DNA of 64,000 bases from Prasinococcaceae sp. CCMP 1430 (GCA_013416795.1 RQSC01000014.1:287597-351596), one strand, 5' to 3'; counted from the first letter of the stretch, positions 43,811 to 54,417 are shown. The notes: generated from the sequence alone by a model not told the origin. A program made the numbers and translations.

Positions 43811-44807
43811 GGCGGCCTGGTTGGCGTGCGCGGCCAGTAACGACTGCCACTATCCCAGCGGTGCACCCCTTCCCACCGCCACCGCCACCGCCACCAGCGC
43901 CCACACGGCGCCCGCGGCGGAGCGCGCGCCCGAGCGCGAGCGCCCGCGCGCCGGTCCGTGCGCTCGAGCGCTCCAGCTCGACCGCGGTCTCGATCGATAC
44001 CATCATGGTATCGTCCAATCGCGCTCCGCCGTCGCGACAGCGCCCGCGTCCGCGTCCGCCATCAAAAACGCACTGCCGCGCGGCGGCGGCGCGGCGCGCG
44101 GCCCCCCTCTCCCCCCCCAACCAAACATTATCCGGCCGCGGCCCCCAGCGCGATCCGCCACCGACGGAATTCCGTCACGAAGACGCGCGTGTGGGGTGGG
44201 ATTCCACCGGGATTCAGATCACTTTCGTGTGTCCGGCGACGGGCGGGCGCGCGCGCGCGCGCGGCGGGAGATGGAATCCGTGAGTGGGAGTGGCGAGTGG
44301 CTGTCAGCGCGCGCGCGCGAGCGAGCGCAGGGGGTAGCGAGGGGGGAATGGGGTTGGTGCCACTCGGCCGGCCCCTCGCCCCGTTGAGCCCCAACCCTCC
44401 CCCCTCGTAGCCAGGAGATGGCGATGGCAGCCCGCACGACGGCCGGCGCGCGCGCGGCCGCGCCCGTGCCCGAGGCCGCGCCCATCACGGCCATCGACCA
44501 CCCTCTGTCCCCCCCCCCTCTCGCCGCGCTCGCCCCTCTGCCGCGCGCGTAGTGGCCGGCAGCAGCGGGGCGCCCGCGTGAGGCCGCGCACTTCTTGTTA
44601 TCCACTGCCTCATGGACGGTGGTTACAAAGTTTTGGCTCTCGCAAAGGGTGGGAGGGTGGGCGAGCGACGCACACGCGTCGCGAGCAGCAGAACTGGCGC
44701 GTCGCCGCGAATGCCTCCCCCACCCCCCTTCGGCCCCGACAATTTCTGCCCCTGCAGAGTTTAGGGCTCCCTCGAGACCCCACGTTGGTCTCCTTCGCGG
44801 CTCCGTA

Positions 44808-46194
44808 ATGGCGTTTGACACCTTCACTGCTCACCGGAGCGGTGCGGCCGCGTGTGGTGCGACCACTGTAGTACCTCGGCGCGCGGCGGGCGCCGGTCGC
44901 GGGCGCTGTGCCGCCCGCCGGCCCTCATGCACTCTTTCCATGCGTATTCTCCGGCCCGACGCAGCTCATCCGCCACTGCGCTGGCCGGAATCCGCCGCGC
45001 GGCTTCCGATTCCGCGAGGCGTTCCCCAACGTCGCGCGTGCGCGCGGGCCCAGCGCGGGCGCCGCGGTAGGGGGCGCGGGCACCACACGCCGCGGCGGGT
45101 CGCCGGCGCCCGGGCAGCACAGGCAGGCGCTCGCCGCGGCCGCGGCGGCGCTCACGCTGGTGAGTGGCAGAGGCGAGCGCGCGAGGGCGCGGCGGAGGCG
45201 TGAGCAAGCCAGCACGCGCGCGTGAGATGCGGCAGATGGTTTTTCCGGGTGCTGACGCCATGCTCGCTTGTGGCTCACCGCGTGCGCGCGCGCGCGCGCT
45301 CCGCCTTTCTTCGGCGGCGCCGCACACCACCGCCGGGCTACCCAACACCGCCGCCTCCGCACCCTCCCAATCCTCTCACCCCGCGTGCCTCCCCTCCTTG
45401 CGCGCCCGCAGTCGCTCGCGCCCGCGTCCGCAAACGCCGCCTTCGACCCGTCGCGCATTGCCATGGCTTCGGCAGAGGCAGACGTGGCGCCCAAGAAGCT
45501 CTTCCAGTCGGAAGACAAGCCCAAGCCGGCGCCCAAGCCCAAGGCCGCGCCGGTGCAGAGGGTACGCGCGCGCGCGCGAGGCGCGGCAACGACGCTCTCA
45601 TGCGCGTGCGAGGGAGGGAGGAAGAGAAGGGGAGGGGACATTGAGCGCGACGGTGCCACGGCCAGGCTGCGCTGCTGCCTTTCTGCTCGCCGGCGAAGCA
45701 CCCTGCAGGCTGTCTTTTGGGCGACGCCGCCGCGAAGTCGCTGACGCCGCGTTGCCCATACTCAATGGCTCCCAACTCGTCCGCATCCCGTGCGCGCCTC
45801 CCCGTGCGCGCGCCGGAACAGGTTGGCCCGAGGACCGGCGGCGCCAAGGCCGAGCGCAAGCCCGTCGAGTTCAAGGCGCCCTCGCTGCCCAAGGTGCGCA
45901 GCAGCACGCGTCGCCCGCGTTGCTCGCGCTCGCGCTCGCTCGTTGGTACGCGCCTCGCATCCAAACGCTGTGCTGACAGTGCGTGCCTGGCCACCCGCCT
46001 GCGCGCAGTTTTCCGCGCCCAAGGTGTCGGCGCCCAAGGTGTCGGCCCCCAAGGTGTCGGCCCCCAAGGTCTCGGCGCCGTCGTTCTCGGGACCCGCGAG
46101 CGATACGCAGGAGGCTGCCATCGTCGCCGGCGCTGCCGTGCTGGGCGCCGCCCTCGCGAGCTCCGTGGTGGGCGGCCTGACCAAGCCTGAGTAA
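44808..46194 (+). CDS. Small Lys/Pro/Ala-rich, probably thylakoid-targeted protein with a C-terminal TM helix; exons ..45159, 45412..45561, 45822..45893, 46009..46194; 5' end uncertain
   Basis: Three phase-0 introns with GCTGAC give RQALAAAAAALTL-SLAPASANA^AFDP (lumenal signal-like), then FSAP(KVSAP)4 and a terminal hydrophobic AAIVAGAAVLGAALASSVVGGL. Confidence 0.6.
46012..46080 (+). repeat. 15-nt coding tandem repeat x4.5 (SAPKV)
   Basis: Units of TCGGC(G/C)CCCAAGGT(G/C) read directly. Confidence 0.9.
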
Positions 46195-46455
46195 TGCTCG
46201 CGGGCGTTGGGCACAGGCGACGGAGGTAGAAATACGCACACTTCTTTGTGACACTCGTTCACTTGTGAGCCGCTCGACGCGCGCGCGCGCGCACGCGCTC
46301 GCGCAATGGTCACGCAGCAGGCTCGCGTGCGCCCGATGCCGGTCCCGTCGGCAGATGACCACCTGCTCGCGACGACGCAGCGTGAGCTCAGGGCGACGTC
46401 TGTCACCCGACTTGGCGGGAATCTTTGTGTACATTTATAGAAAGGGCGCGCCTAC

Positions 46456-47997
46456 TTACTCGGGCTGCTTGAACGAGTCGACGATGGCGTTGGCGAGGTA
46501 CGCGGCCTTGGCCGCCGACAGGCCCGCGAGCGACACACGGCCGTCAAAGGTCATGTACACGTGGTGCTCGTCCCACATGTGCTGCACCTGGTTCTTGCTG
46601 AGGCCGGTGTACGAGAACATGCCGATCTGCGAGGTCACGAAGCTCCAGTCCTTGGCGGGGTCGAGCTTCTCGAGCTCGGCGCGCAGCAGCGTCCGCACGT
46701 TGTTGATGCGGCCGGACATGCCCTCCATCTCAGCCTTCCACTCGTCGAAGAGCGCGTCGTCGCCCATGACGGTGGCCACGATGCGCGCTCCGTGCACGGG
46801 CGGGTTCGAGTACATCGCGCGCGCAATGCGCTTCATCTGCGACAGCACCCTCCCGGCGGCGTCGGCATCGCTGAGCACCGCGTTCAGCGCGCCCACGCGC
46901 TCGCCGTACAGGCCGAGGTTCTTGGAGTACGACTGCGCGCACAGGAATTCGAGGCCCTTGTCGGCGAAGAGGCGCGGCGCGAACGAGTCCTTGTCGAGCG
47001 ACCCCGACGCGAACCCCTGGTAGGCCACGTCGAAGAAGGGGAAGAGGCCGCACTCCTCGCACAGCGCGGCGATCTGCTCCCACTGCTCGGGCGTCGGGTC
47101 GATGCCGGTCGGGTTGTGCGCGCAGCCGTGCAGCACGACGACGCTGCCCTTGGGCGCCGCGCGAAGGTCCTCGCACATGCCCTCGAAGTCCAGGCCGGTG
47201 GTCTCCTTGTTGAAGTAGCGGTACATCTTGGTGGGCACGCCCGCGTCCGCGAAAATGTTCTTGTGGTTGCCCCAGGTGGGGTTGGACAGGTACACGGTCG
47301 CGTCCGGCAGGTAGCGGTTGATGAACGCCGCGCCCACGCGCAGGGAGCCCGTGCCCGACAGCGACTGCACGGTCGCCACGCGGCCCTCGGCGGCGGCGGC
47401 GGACCCCTCGCCCAGCAGGAGGCGCACGGTGGCGGCGTTGAACTCGGCCAGGCCCTGGATCGGCAAGTACTCCTTGTTCTCCGCGGCAGCGAGCATCTGC
47501 GAGGCGAGGCGCGCGGACGCGCGGCGCAATCGCGGCGGACGCGCGGCACACGCTGAGGCGTCAGCTGCGTTCAGAGATGGTCCGTGCGACAGGCGACCGC
47601 AGCACACGCCTGGGACAGGCGGGAGGGCAAAGGGCTGGGTGGGGGGGGGGGTCGCCCGGATCGAGGGCGACGGAGGGCGAGGAAAGAAAGCGACACGAGC
47701 GCGCGCGCGCGCCGCCGCGCCGCGGCGCGCCGCCAGCGCGCCGCCTGAGCGGCGGCCCGATCGGTGCGCCGAGCCCCCCTCGAACGCGCGCCGTCGCCGC
47801 ACCTTCTCCTCGGCCTTGGTTACGACCGGCAGCACGTAGGGCTTCAGATCCTCCGTGCGGTAGGCGCCGACGCCAAGATTGAGCTTGTCGGGCGACTCGT
47901 CCTTCTTGAACGCCTCAGACACGCCGAGGATGGGGTCCGCGGGCGCCTGCTCGACGAAGCCGAGCGCCGACTCGGCCGCGCGCGGCGCGGCGCGGCG
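46456..47997 (-). CDS. ASP5: Aspartate aminotransferase, plastid ASP5-like; exons 47803..>47997 and 46456..47496; 5' end beyond an N join
   Basis: Motifs APADPILGVSEAF, LNLGVGAYRTE, NKEYLPI, QSLSGTGSLR, HGCAHNPTGIDP, FFDVAYQGF and QSYSKNLGLYGER (PLP Lys). The 306-nt intron is 47497-47802. Confidence 0.95.
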   Translation of the reverse strand, partial: RRAAPRAAESALGFVEQAPADPILGVSEAFKKDESPDKLNLGVGAYRTEDLKPYVLPVVTKAEEKVRRRRAFEGGSAHRSGRRSGGALAARRGAAARARARVAFFPRPPSPSIRATPPPTQPFALPPVPGVCCGRLSHGPSLNAADASACAARPPRLRRASARLASQMLAAAENKEYLPIQGLAEFNAATVRLLLGEGSAAAAEGRVATVQSLSGTGSLRVGAAFINRYLPDATVYLSNPTWGNHKNIFADAGVPTKMYRYFNKETTGLDFEGMCEDLRAAPKGSVVVLHGCAHNPTGIDPTPEQWEQIAALCEECGLFPFFDVAYQGFASGSLDKDSFAPRLFADKGLEFLCAQSYSKNLGLYGERVGALNAVLSDADAAGRVLSQMKRIARAMYSNPPVHGARIVATVMGDDALFDEWKAEMEGMSGRINNVRTLLRAELEKLDPAKDWSFVTSQIGMFSYTGLSKNQVQHMWDEHHVYMTFDGRVSLAGLSAAKAAYLANAIVDSFKQPE

Positions 47998-48258
47998 NGT
48001 ACAATGGGGCGCGCCGGCAGGACTCGCCTGTGGCGCAGCCGGCCGCGGCACGCACACGGAAGCCTGCGCGAGCGTCGGGAGCGCGCACGCCGCCCAAACG
48101 AAAGGGCCCGAATAGGGGCGGTAGCGAGGGTGGCTCTGCCTCAGAGGGTCACATGCGCTCGCGGCGGCGCGGCGATCGGCTGGTCCGCCGGAGGGGTCGG
48201 CTCGGCGAGCCGGATCGGCGCCGAGGTGCGGAGGGATATCCGCTGCGCGCAGGCGCGC

Positions 48259-48259
<1 letters not shown>

Positions 48260-48289
<30 letters not shown>
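48260..48289. repeat. (CAG)10 microsatellite
   Basis: Counted directly. Confidence 0.95.
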
Positions 48290-48290
<1 letters not shown>

Positions 48291-48711
48291 CGCGGGCCGC
48301 GAGCCAGCCCGGCGGAGCCGATTGGCGCGAGGGGCGGCAGGCCGAAGCAGAGAGAGACGATATTTGTAACCACGGGCGATCAATTGATGCGCGCCGCCGC
48401 GCGCGGGGGCGGCCCGGTGGGAGCTGAGCTCGCGCGCCTGGGGAGGCGCGCGCGGACAGGCAGCGAGCAGCGTCGCCCGCCGGGACGACGCACGCGAGGG
48501 GGGAGAGCGGCATGCAGTGCGCTCCCCGCGCGCGCCAGCCGGCAGGTGCCACCGCCAGCACGCGCGGCGAGGCGCCGTGGGCCCGTGGCTCGCATGTGAT
48601 GTATTTGTATATTAAAAAAATGAAATGCGCAGGCGTTGCCTCCAGCTGGGTAGCGAGGTAGGTCTGCCGCGCACGTGCTGTGGCAGCAGCCGCACGCGCC
48701 AGTGCCATATA

Positions 48712-51330
48712 TCACCCGGCGGTGGCATCCGCTGCCGCGCGCAGCAAGGCCCTGCACTCGCTCGCGGCGCTCGCCTCGTGGGCATCGGCGTGCTCGGCGT
48801 CGGGGACGGCGTCGAGGCTCTCGAGAACGACGGCCTGCTCCTCGCTCGTGAGCGCGGCGGCGTTGGAGGGCAGCAACGCGCGCAGTTCCCCGAGTGCGAG
48901 GGCGCGAGCGGCCCAGCGAGCACGCAGCCCCTCAGCGAGCGCTCCGCGTATGGCAGCCGCGGCGAGCTCAGGCACGCGCGCGGCACGCGCCGCAGCGGCT
49001 GCCGCCCCCAAGGCGCGTTCTGCCTGCGCGGCGTGTCGTGCCGCCACCACGGAGTTGCCACTGGCACGCGCCCTCTCAGCACCGCCGCGGGCCGAGCGCA
49101 CCACCGTGGCGGCGCGCTCGAGTAGCGCGCGCACCTGAGCGACGCCGCAGCCAGCGTGTGCGCGCACGCTCGCCAGCGCTGCGCACACCAGCGGCGCGTC
49201 CTGTGGCAGCGCCCACGGCCAGCTCGAGACCAGTGCGCTCAGCGCACCGCCGCCCGCTCCGGCGCGCCAGAGCAGCGTAGGCACGTCAACCTCCCCAACG
49301 CCCGTCGCCAGCCGTGCGAGCAGAGCCTCGAGCCGCGAAGCGCTCGTGCCGCCGCCTTCATCGCTACCAATGCGCGCGGCGGCGAGGTCGGCAGCGCGCG
49401 CGCGCTCGGCCTCGGCGGCCGCGCACGCTGCATGGAAGAGGACGCCGGCCATGCCATCCACATGCGCCGCCACATCGCTCACTGCCGCAGCTGCGATCAC
49501 CTCGTCCGCGCCCGCGTCCTCACCTGCGACCGACGCTTCCAGCGCGCTGCAGGTTGCTTCACCGAGCGCGGCCACCAGCCTGTTCGCCGCGTCGTTGGTG
49601 GCAGAGTCGCGGCACGCAAGCCTCGCGTGGCACAGCAGCGGCGGCAGCAACGACGAAAGTACAGCGTCGACATTGCCCGCGCCTGCGCCGGCTGGAAGTA
49701 GCACCGAGCGGCAGAGCGCGTCCGCGGCGCGCACCCAGCCCACCAGCGGCGCGCCTTCGGCGTCCACGAGCCCCGCCACGAGGGCCGGCAACCACGCGGC
49801 GGATGCCGTGGTCTGAGCAAGCACTGCGCAACACTGCGCTGCCGTCTCGCGTGTGTGCGCGTCGCACATGCAGCCTGCGAGCGCGCGCAACATCGGGCCC
49901 ATGTGCTGGACGCAGCGGCCCTCCACCAGCACCAGCATGGTGCGCAGCATCTGCACCGCCTGCAGGCGTGACTCGACGTTGCGCTCCGTGCACTCGTTGA
50001 GGAGTGCGGTGATGCCCCGGTTGAAGGCTCCGACGGCGATGAGACGCGCTCCGATGCGTGGCCGCGGCCGATCCGCGAAGGGGTGTGGCAGGTGCTCGGG
50101 GGCGATGCGCGCCATGCCCCCGAGGGCGCCGCACCCCGCGCGCCCCCCCCCCCTCTCGCGCACCGTCGCCCTCTCCTCTGGCAGCCAGTCGAGCTCGTCC
50201 TTGAGCTCCTCCTTCTTATCCTCCTCGTGCGCGGCCCCCAGCGACAGCAGTACGTCGAGCGCGGCCTCGCGCGTAGCACCGACCTCGTCGCTCATCGCAG
50301 CGAGCACGTACACGCCCAGCCGTGGCTCGTAGTCGTACCGCTCATCGAGCGAGAGCAGCCAGCGGCCGAGCGTGTCGAGGAGCGCGCGGCGCACCGCAGG
50401 GTTTGCGTCCCGTGCAAGCGCGGCGAAGTAGTTGGCGCGTCGCTCGCCCTCGTAGAAAGCCTTGATCGGTACGACGTTTGCGTCGCGGTGGCCGCTGAGC
50501 TCGAGCAGAACGTTTGCGCCCCCGTTGAAGACGAGCGCCTCGAGCGCGCTCAGCGCGGCGACGCGCACGCGCGCGTGCCTGTGCGCCAGCGCGGGGCACA
50601 GGCTGCGCGCCACGATCTCGGCGAGCGCCGGTGCGTCGCTGCCCTGCTTTCCGAGCGCGGCGCGCCCCAGCGCTGCGGCAACCATGGCGCACAGCGAACA
50701 GGCGGCGACGCACACTGCCGCGGCGGCGTCGCTCGCGCCGGCCATCGCCACCTCGGCGAGACGCCCGCCCTGCGCTCGCACGGCCGTCGGCGCGGCGGCC
50801 GCGACAGCAGGCAGCAGCCGAGACACCAGCGCCAGCAGCGCCGCGCGCACCTCCTCGCTAGGCTCGGCGGGCGGCGGCGCCGCGGCGTTGAACTCGACGG
50901 CGCCGCCGTACCGGTCGCTCACGACGCTCACCAGCCGGTCGCGCCGCAGCCGCGCCCATGCCACGGGACACGCGTACTTCCACATGCCCACGGCCGCCGC
51001 GCCGCCGCCCGCCGACACGAGCGCGTTGATGCACTCGAGCGACTCGACGCGTAGCGCTTCGGTGGTGTCCTCGAGGCGCAGCACGAGCGCCTTTCCGACC
51101 GCGCCGGCGGCGAGCGACGCCAGTGAGGCCATCGACGGCCCGCGCTCCCCCAGCAGCACCTCACGCACGCGCGCCAGCGCGCCTCGCCGCGCGGCCGCCG
51201 GCGTGCCGACAGCATCGGCCAGCGTGTTGAGGTCGCGCCGCACTGCCGCCAGGCACTCGTCCGCGCCCGCGCCCAGGAGGTCCGGGCATGGCGTGCTCCC
51301 AGTCGCGGGCGCCGCCGGCAGCGCCGCCAT
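48712..51330 (-). CDS. DNAAF5/HEATR2-family HEAT-repeat protein, copy 2 (may extend into the gap)
   Basis: Motifs RRDLNTLAD, EPSEEVR, LAHRHARVRVAAL, DANVVPIKAFYE...NYFAALARDANPAVR, YEPRL...LAAMSDE and RPRIGARL. Confidence 0.7.
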   Translation of the reverse strand: MAALPAAPATGSTPCPDLLGAGADECLAAVRRDLNTLADAVGTPAAARRGALARVREVLLGERGPSMASLASLAAGAVGKALVLRLEDTTEALRVESLECINALVSAGGGAAAVGMWKYACPVAWARLRRDRLVSVVSDRYGGAVEFNAAAPPPAEPSEEVRAALLALVSRLLPAVAAAAPTAVRAQGGRLAEVAMAGASDAAAAVCVAACSLCAMVAAALGRAALGKQGSDAPALAEIVARSLCPALAHRHARVRVAALSALEALVFNGGANVLLELSGHRDANVVPIKAFYEGERRANYFAALARDANPAVRRALLDTLGRWLLSLDERYDYEPRLGVYVLAAMSDEVGATREAALDVLLSLGAAHEEDKKEELKDELDWLPEERATVRERGGGRAGCGALGGMARIAPEHLPHPFADRPRPRIGARLIAVGAFNRGITALLNECTERNVESRLQAVQMLRTMLVLVEGRCVQHMGPMLRALAGCMCDAHTRETAAQCCAVLAQTTASAAWLPALVAGLVDAEGAPLVGWVRAADALCRSVLLPAGAGAGNVDAVLSSLLPPLLCHARLACRDSATNDAANRLVAALGEATCSALEASVAGEDAGADEVIAAAAVSDVAAHVDGMAGVLFHAACAAAEAERARAADLAAARIGSDEGGGTSASRLEALLARLATGVGEVDVPTLLWRAGAGGGALSALVSSWPWALPQDAPLVCAALASVRAHAGCGVAQVRALLERAATVVRSARGGAERARASGNSVVAARHAAQAERALGAAAAAARAARVPELAAAAIRGALAEGLRARWAARALALGELRALLPSNAAALTSEEQAVVLESLDAVPDAEHADAHEASAASECRALLRAAADATAG

Positions 51331-51349
51331 TGCTGCCTGCGCCGGCGAC

Positions 51350-51477
51350 NNNNNNNNNNNNNNNNNNNNNNNNNNNNNNNNNNNNNNNNNNNNNNNNNNN
51401 NNNNNNNNNNNNNNNNNNNNNNNNNNNNNNNNNNNNNNNNNNNNNNNNNNNNNNNNNNNNNNNNNNNNNNNNNNNNN
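51350..51477. other. Assembly gap
   Basis: Run of N. Confidence 1.
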
Positions 51478-51652
51478 CGGCCCACGGCCCTGGCCGCACC
51501 TGCGGCCGAGCTGGTGCCGCTGTCGCTGAGCCGTGCGTGTCATACGCGCGGCGCGCGGCGCGCATCGGAAGGTGGCCGCGGCCAGGCTGCGAGGCCGCGC
51601 CGACCGCACGGGAAGGTGGGGGAGGTGGGAGGAGGCGCGAGCGACGGCCGCC

Positions 51653-52570
51653 ATGAGGGCGCCGGCGCGGCTGGCACAGGCGGTGCTGGTGGCGCTCGCG
51701 CTCGCGGCTGCGGCAGCTGGCGCGGCTGCCGCGGCGCGCGTGCGGCCCGAGGCAGCAATCAGCAGCGACCATGACGTCGTGCTCGTGAGCGGCGCGACGG
51801 GCCGCACGGGACGCCTCGCATACGAGGCGCTCAGGGCGCGCCCGGGCGCCCCGGCGCTGGCGACCCGCGCGCTCGTGCGCAACGTGACCAAGGCACGCGA
51901 GGTGCTCGGCTGCGGTGCCTGCACGCCCGCCGAGGGTATCTTCGTGGGTGACGTCACTGGGGAGCTGCCTGACGAGGCCTTCGCCGGCGCGGACGCTCTG
52001 ATAATTGCGACCAGCTCGGTGCCGCATCAGCTGCCCGACGGCAGTTGGGCCTACTACGAGGGTGCCTACCCAGTCGACATCGACTTCAAAGGTACAATCA
52101 ACCAGGTTGCCGCGGCCTCCCGGCACTGCGACCGCGTCGTCCTCATCTCCAGCATGGGCACGACGCAGCCCGACTCGTTCCTAGACCTGTTGGGCGGTGG
52201 GCACGTGCTCATGTACAAGCTGGCGGCCGAGGCGCACCTGATGGCCGTTGCGAGCGCCAACTCACTGTCGTACACGATCATCAAGCCGTCGGGGCTCACC
52301 GACGTCGCCGCGGGCGCGGCCGCGCTCGTGGTCGGCCATGAGGATGACTTCGGCGCGCACAAGTGCGGTGAGGGCGCCGGGGGCTGCATGTCGGTGGCAC
52401 GCAGCGACGTCGCCGCCGTTGCCGTCGCGGCAGCGGCAGAGTACGCGTGCGGCGCGAGCTTCGTGCGCTTCGACCTCACGAGCGACAGGACAGGCGAGGC
52501 GCCCAAGGACTTCGAAAAGCTCTTCGACGCCGCGCGCGTGTACGCCAGCGCCACCGGCGCGCTCGCCTGA
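51653..52570 (+). CDS. Atypical SDR / NAD(P)-binding (NmrA-like) protein with a signal-peptide-like N-terminus
   Basis: Motifs VLVSGATGRTG, RALVRN, VGDV, VVLISSMG, K..AEAHL, YTIIKPSGL and VARSDVA. The N-terminus AVLVALALAAAAAG is hydrophobic. TGTAA at 52578. Confidence 0.85.
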   Translation: MRAPARLAQAVLVALALAAAAAGAAAAARVRPEAAISSDHDVVLVSGATGRTGRLAYEALRARPGAPALATRALVRNVTKAREVLGCGACTPAEGIFVGDVTGELPDEAFAGADALIIATSSVPHQLPDGSWAYYEGAYPVDIDFKGTINQVAAASRHCDRVVLISSMGTTQPDSFLDLLGGGHVLMYKLAAEAHLMAVASANSLSYTIIKPSGLTDVAAGAAALVVGHEDDFGAHKCGEGAGGCMSVARSDVAAVAVAAAAEYACGASFVRFDLTSDRTGEAPKDFEKLFDAARVYASATGALA

Positions 52571-52743
52571 GCTGGCATGTAATCGGTCCGGCCGCCTGGG
52601 TAGCCGCGGGGGGGAGGAGGGGAGGGGAGGACTCGCGGACCTGGACACGGGACACTAGCACTGCCGGTGAGGCGATGAGACGTTTGTAATTACGATGTCC
52701 ACAAGTGGCGCGCCATCCATGCGTCCTGGCTCCCCGCCCCCAC

Positions 52744-53769
52744 TCACTGCACCCACCCGACCTCCTCGAGGGCCGCGTGGGCCGCCCAGCCCCCGCTTGT
52801 GGCAGGCATGGCGTGCGTCCCCGCCACGTCGGGCAGCGCGAGCGCGTGGCGGTGCAGTGCCACTGTGCGTGCGAGCCACAGCGCGGCGTCCTCGGTGGGC
52901 GCCGTGAGCGTTGCCGCTGCGGCTTGTCCGACCTCTTCCTCCTCACGCGTTGGCTCGGGGCCCCGCCACGTGCCGTCTGCCTCGAGCCCCAGCAGCTTCA
53001 GCCAAAACGCGTGCGCACCGGCACTCTTTAGAAATGGGAGGCCCACGACGACGGCGGCGCGCGACGTGAGCGCTGTCTCCTGCGCTGCGCTCGCTCGCTC
53101 CCACCATGCGTCAAAGGGCCCGCGCGCCAGCGCCGGCTGCGTAATGATGCACGACGCACCGGCGTCCACCTTGTCGTGCGCGCGCTCGGGCGGATCCTGC
53201 GGAGGGCCTTCGAATGGGGAGCCCCCATCGACGTCGAGAGTGCTCGGATTTGCCACCGCGAGGAGCGGCACCGACGGGTGACGCTTCCGTATCGCTGCGA
53301 TGGCCACCGCAGCGCGGACCCGCTCCCCTCGGCGACCGGCGGTGCCCCGGGTGAACATCTCGCCTTTTCGAGCATCGCTTCCTCCAACGATGAGCAGGGC
53401 GTCGGCGGGCCTCTTGTCACGGTCGCAGAGCAGCGCGTCGGCCTCGGCGCACAGCTCGGGCAGCGTCTTGGACGAGCACGGCACAGTGCGCACGCGCCGC
53501 GGGGCGGCGTCCAGCGAGCGCAGCGCGAGCGCGTCCGACGCAGCAGCGGTGCTGCTCGGCGAGCCGCCCGCGGAGAGCGAGGGGCATCCGAGGTGCGGCG
53601 CGGGCAGCGTGGGGAGGAGCCCCGCGTCTGCGAACGCCGCGGCGCGCACGGAGGCGGCGATTGCCCCGCACTCGAGCAGCTTCAGCGATGCGGTCCCGCC
53701 GCCGCCGCCGTCGTCCGGGCGGGGCGCTCGGCCGCGGCTCGTCTGTACCGCCCCGCCGCCGTGCTGTCC
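52744..53769 (-). CDS. MTHFR-like FAD-linked oxidoreductase (TIM barrel), 5' end in gap
   Basis: ALLIVGG, LLAVANP and the KVDAGASCIITQP motif typical of the MTHFR catalytic domain. The frame stays open to the N-run at 53770. Confidence 0.6.
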   Translation of the reverse strand, partial: GQHGGGAVQTSRGRAPRPDDGGGGGTASLKLLECGAIAASVRAAAFADAGLLPTLPAPHLGCPSLSAGGSPSSTAAASDALALRSLDAAPRRVRTVPCSSKTLPELCAEADALLCDRDKRPADALLIVGGSDARKGEMFTRGTAGRRGERVRAAVAIAAIRKRHPSVPLLAVANPSTLDVDGGSPFEGPPQDPPERAHDKVDAGASCIITQPALARGPFDAWWERASAAQETALTSRAAVVVGLPFLKSAGAHAFWLKLLGLEADGTWRGPEPTREEEEVGQAAAATLTAPTEDAALWLARTVALHRHALALPDVAGTHAMPATSGGWAAHAALEEVGWVQ

Positions 53770-54417
53770 NNNNNNNNNNNNNNNNNNNNNNNNNNNNNNN
53801 NNNNNNNNNNNNNNNNNNNNNNNNNNNNNNNNNNNNNNNNNNNNNNNNNNNNNNNNNNNNNNNNNNNNNNNNNNNNNNNNNNNNNNNNNNNNNNNNNNNN
53901 NNNNNNNNNNNNNNNNNNNNNNNNNNNNNNNNNNNNNNNNNNNNNNNNNNNNNNNNNNNNNNNNNNNNNNNNNNNNNNNNNNNNNNNNNNNNNNNNNNNN
54001 NNNNNNNNNNNNNNNNNNNNNNNNNNNNNNNNNNNNNNNNNNNNNNNNNNNNNNNNNNNNNNNNNNNNNNNNNNNNNNNNNNNNNNNNNNNNNNNNNNNN
54101 NNNNNNNNNNNNNNNNNNNNNNNNNNNNNNNNNNNNNNNNNNNNNNNNNNNNNNNNNNNNNNNNNNNNNNNNNNNNNNNNNNNNNNNNNNNNNNNNNNNN
54201 NNNNNNNNNNNNNNNNNNNNNNNNNNNNNNNNNNNNNNNNNNNNNNNNNNNNNNNNNNNNNNNNNNNNNNNNNNNNNNNNNNNNNNNNNNNNNNNNNNNN
54301 NNNNNNNNNNNNNNNNNNNNNNNNNNNNNNNNNNNNNNNNNNNNNNNNNNNNNNNNNNNNNNNNNNNNNNNNNNNNNNNNNNNNNNNNNNNNNNNNNNNN
54401 NNNNNNNNNNNNNNNNN
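53770..54417. other. Assembly gap
   Basis: Run of N. Confidence 1.

Noticed and set aside
46012-46080. Short direct repeats (also 12366-12395 and 29966-30035) as a possible CRISPR-like array
   Set aside because: Head-to-tail repeats with no unique spacers; coding or microsatellite in nature.
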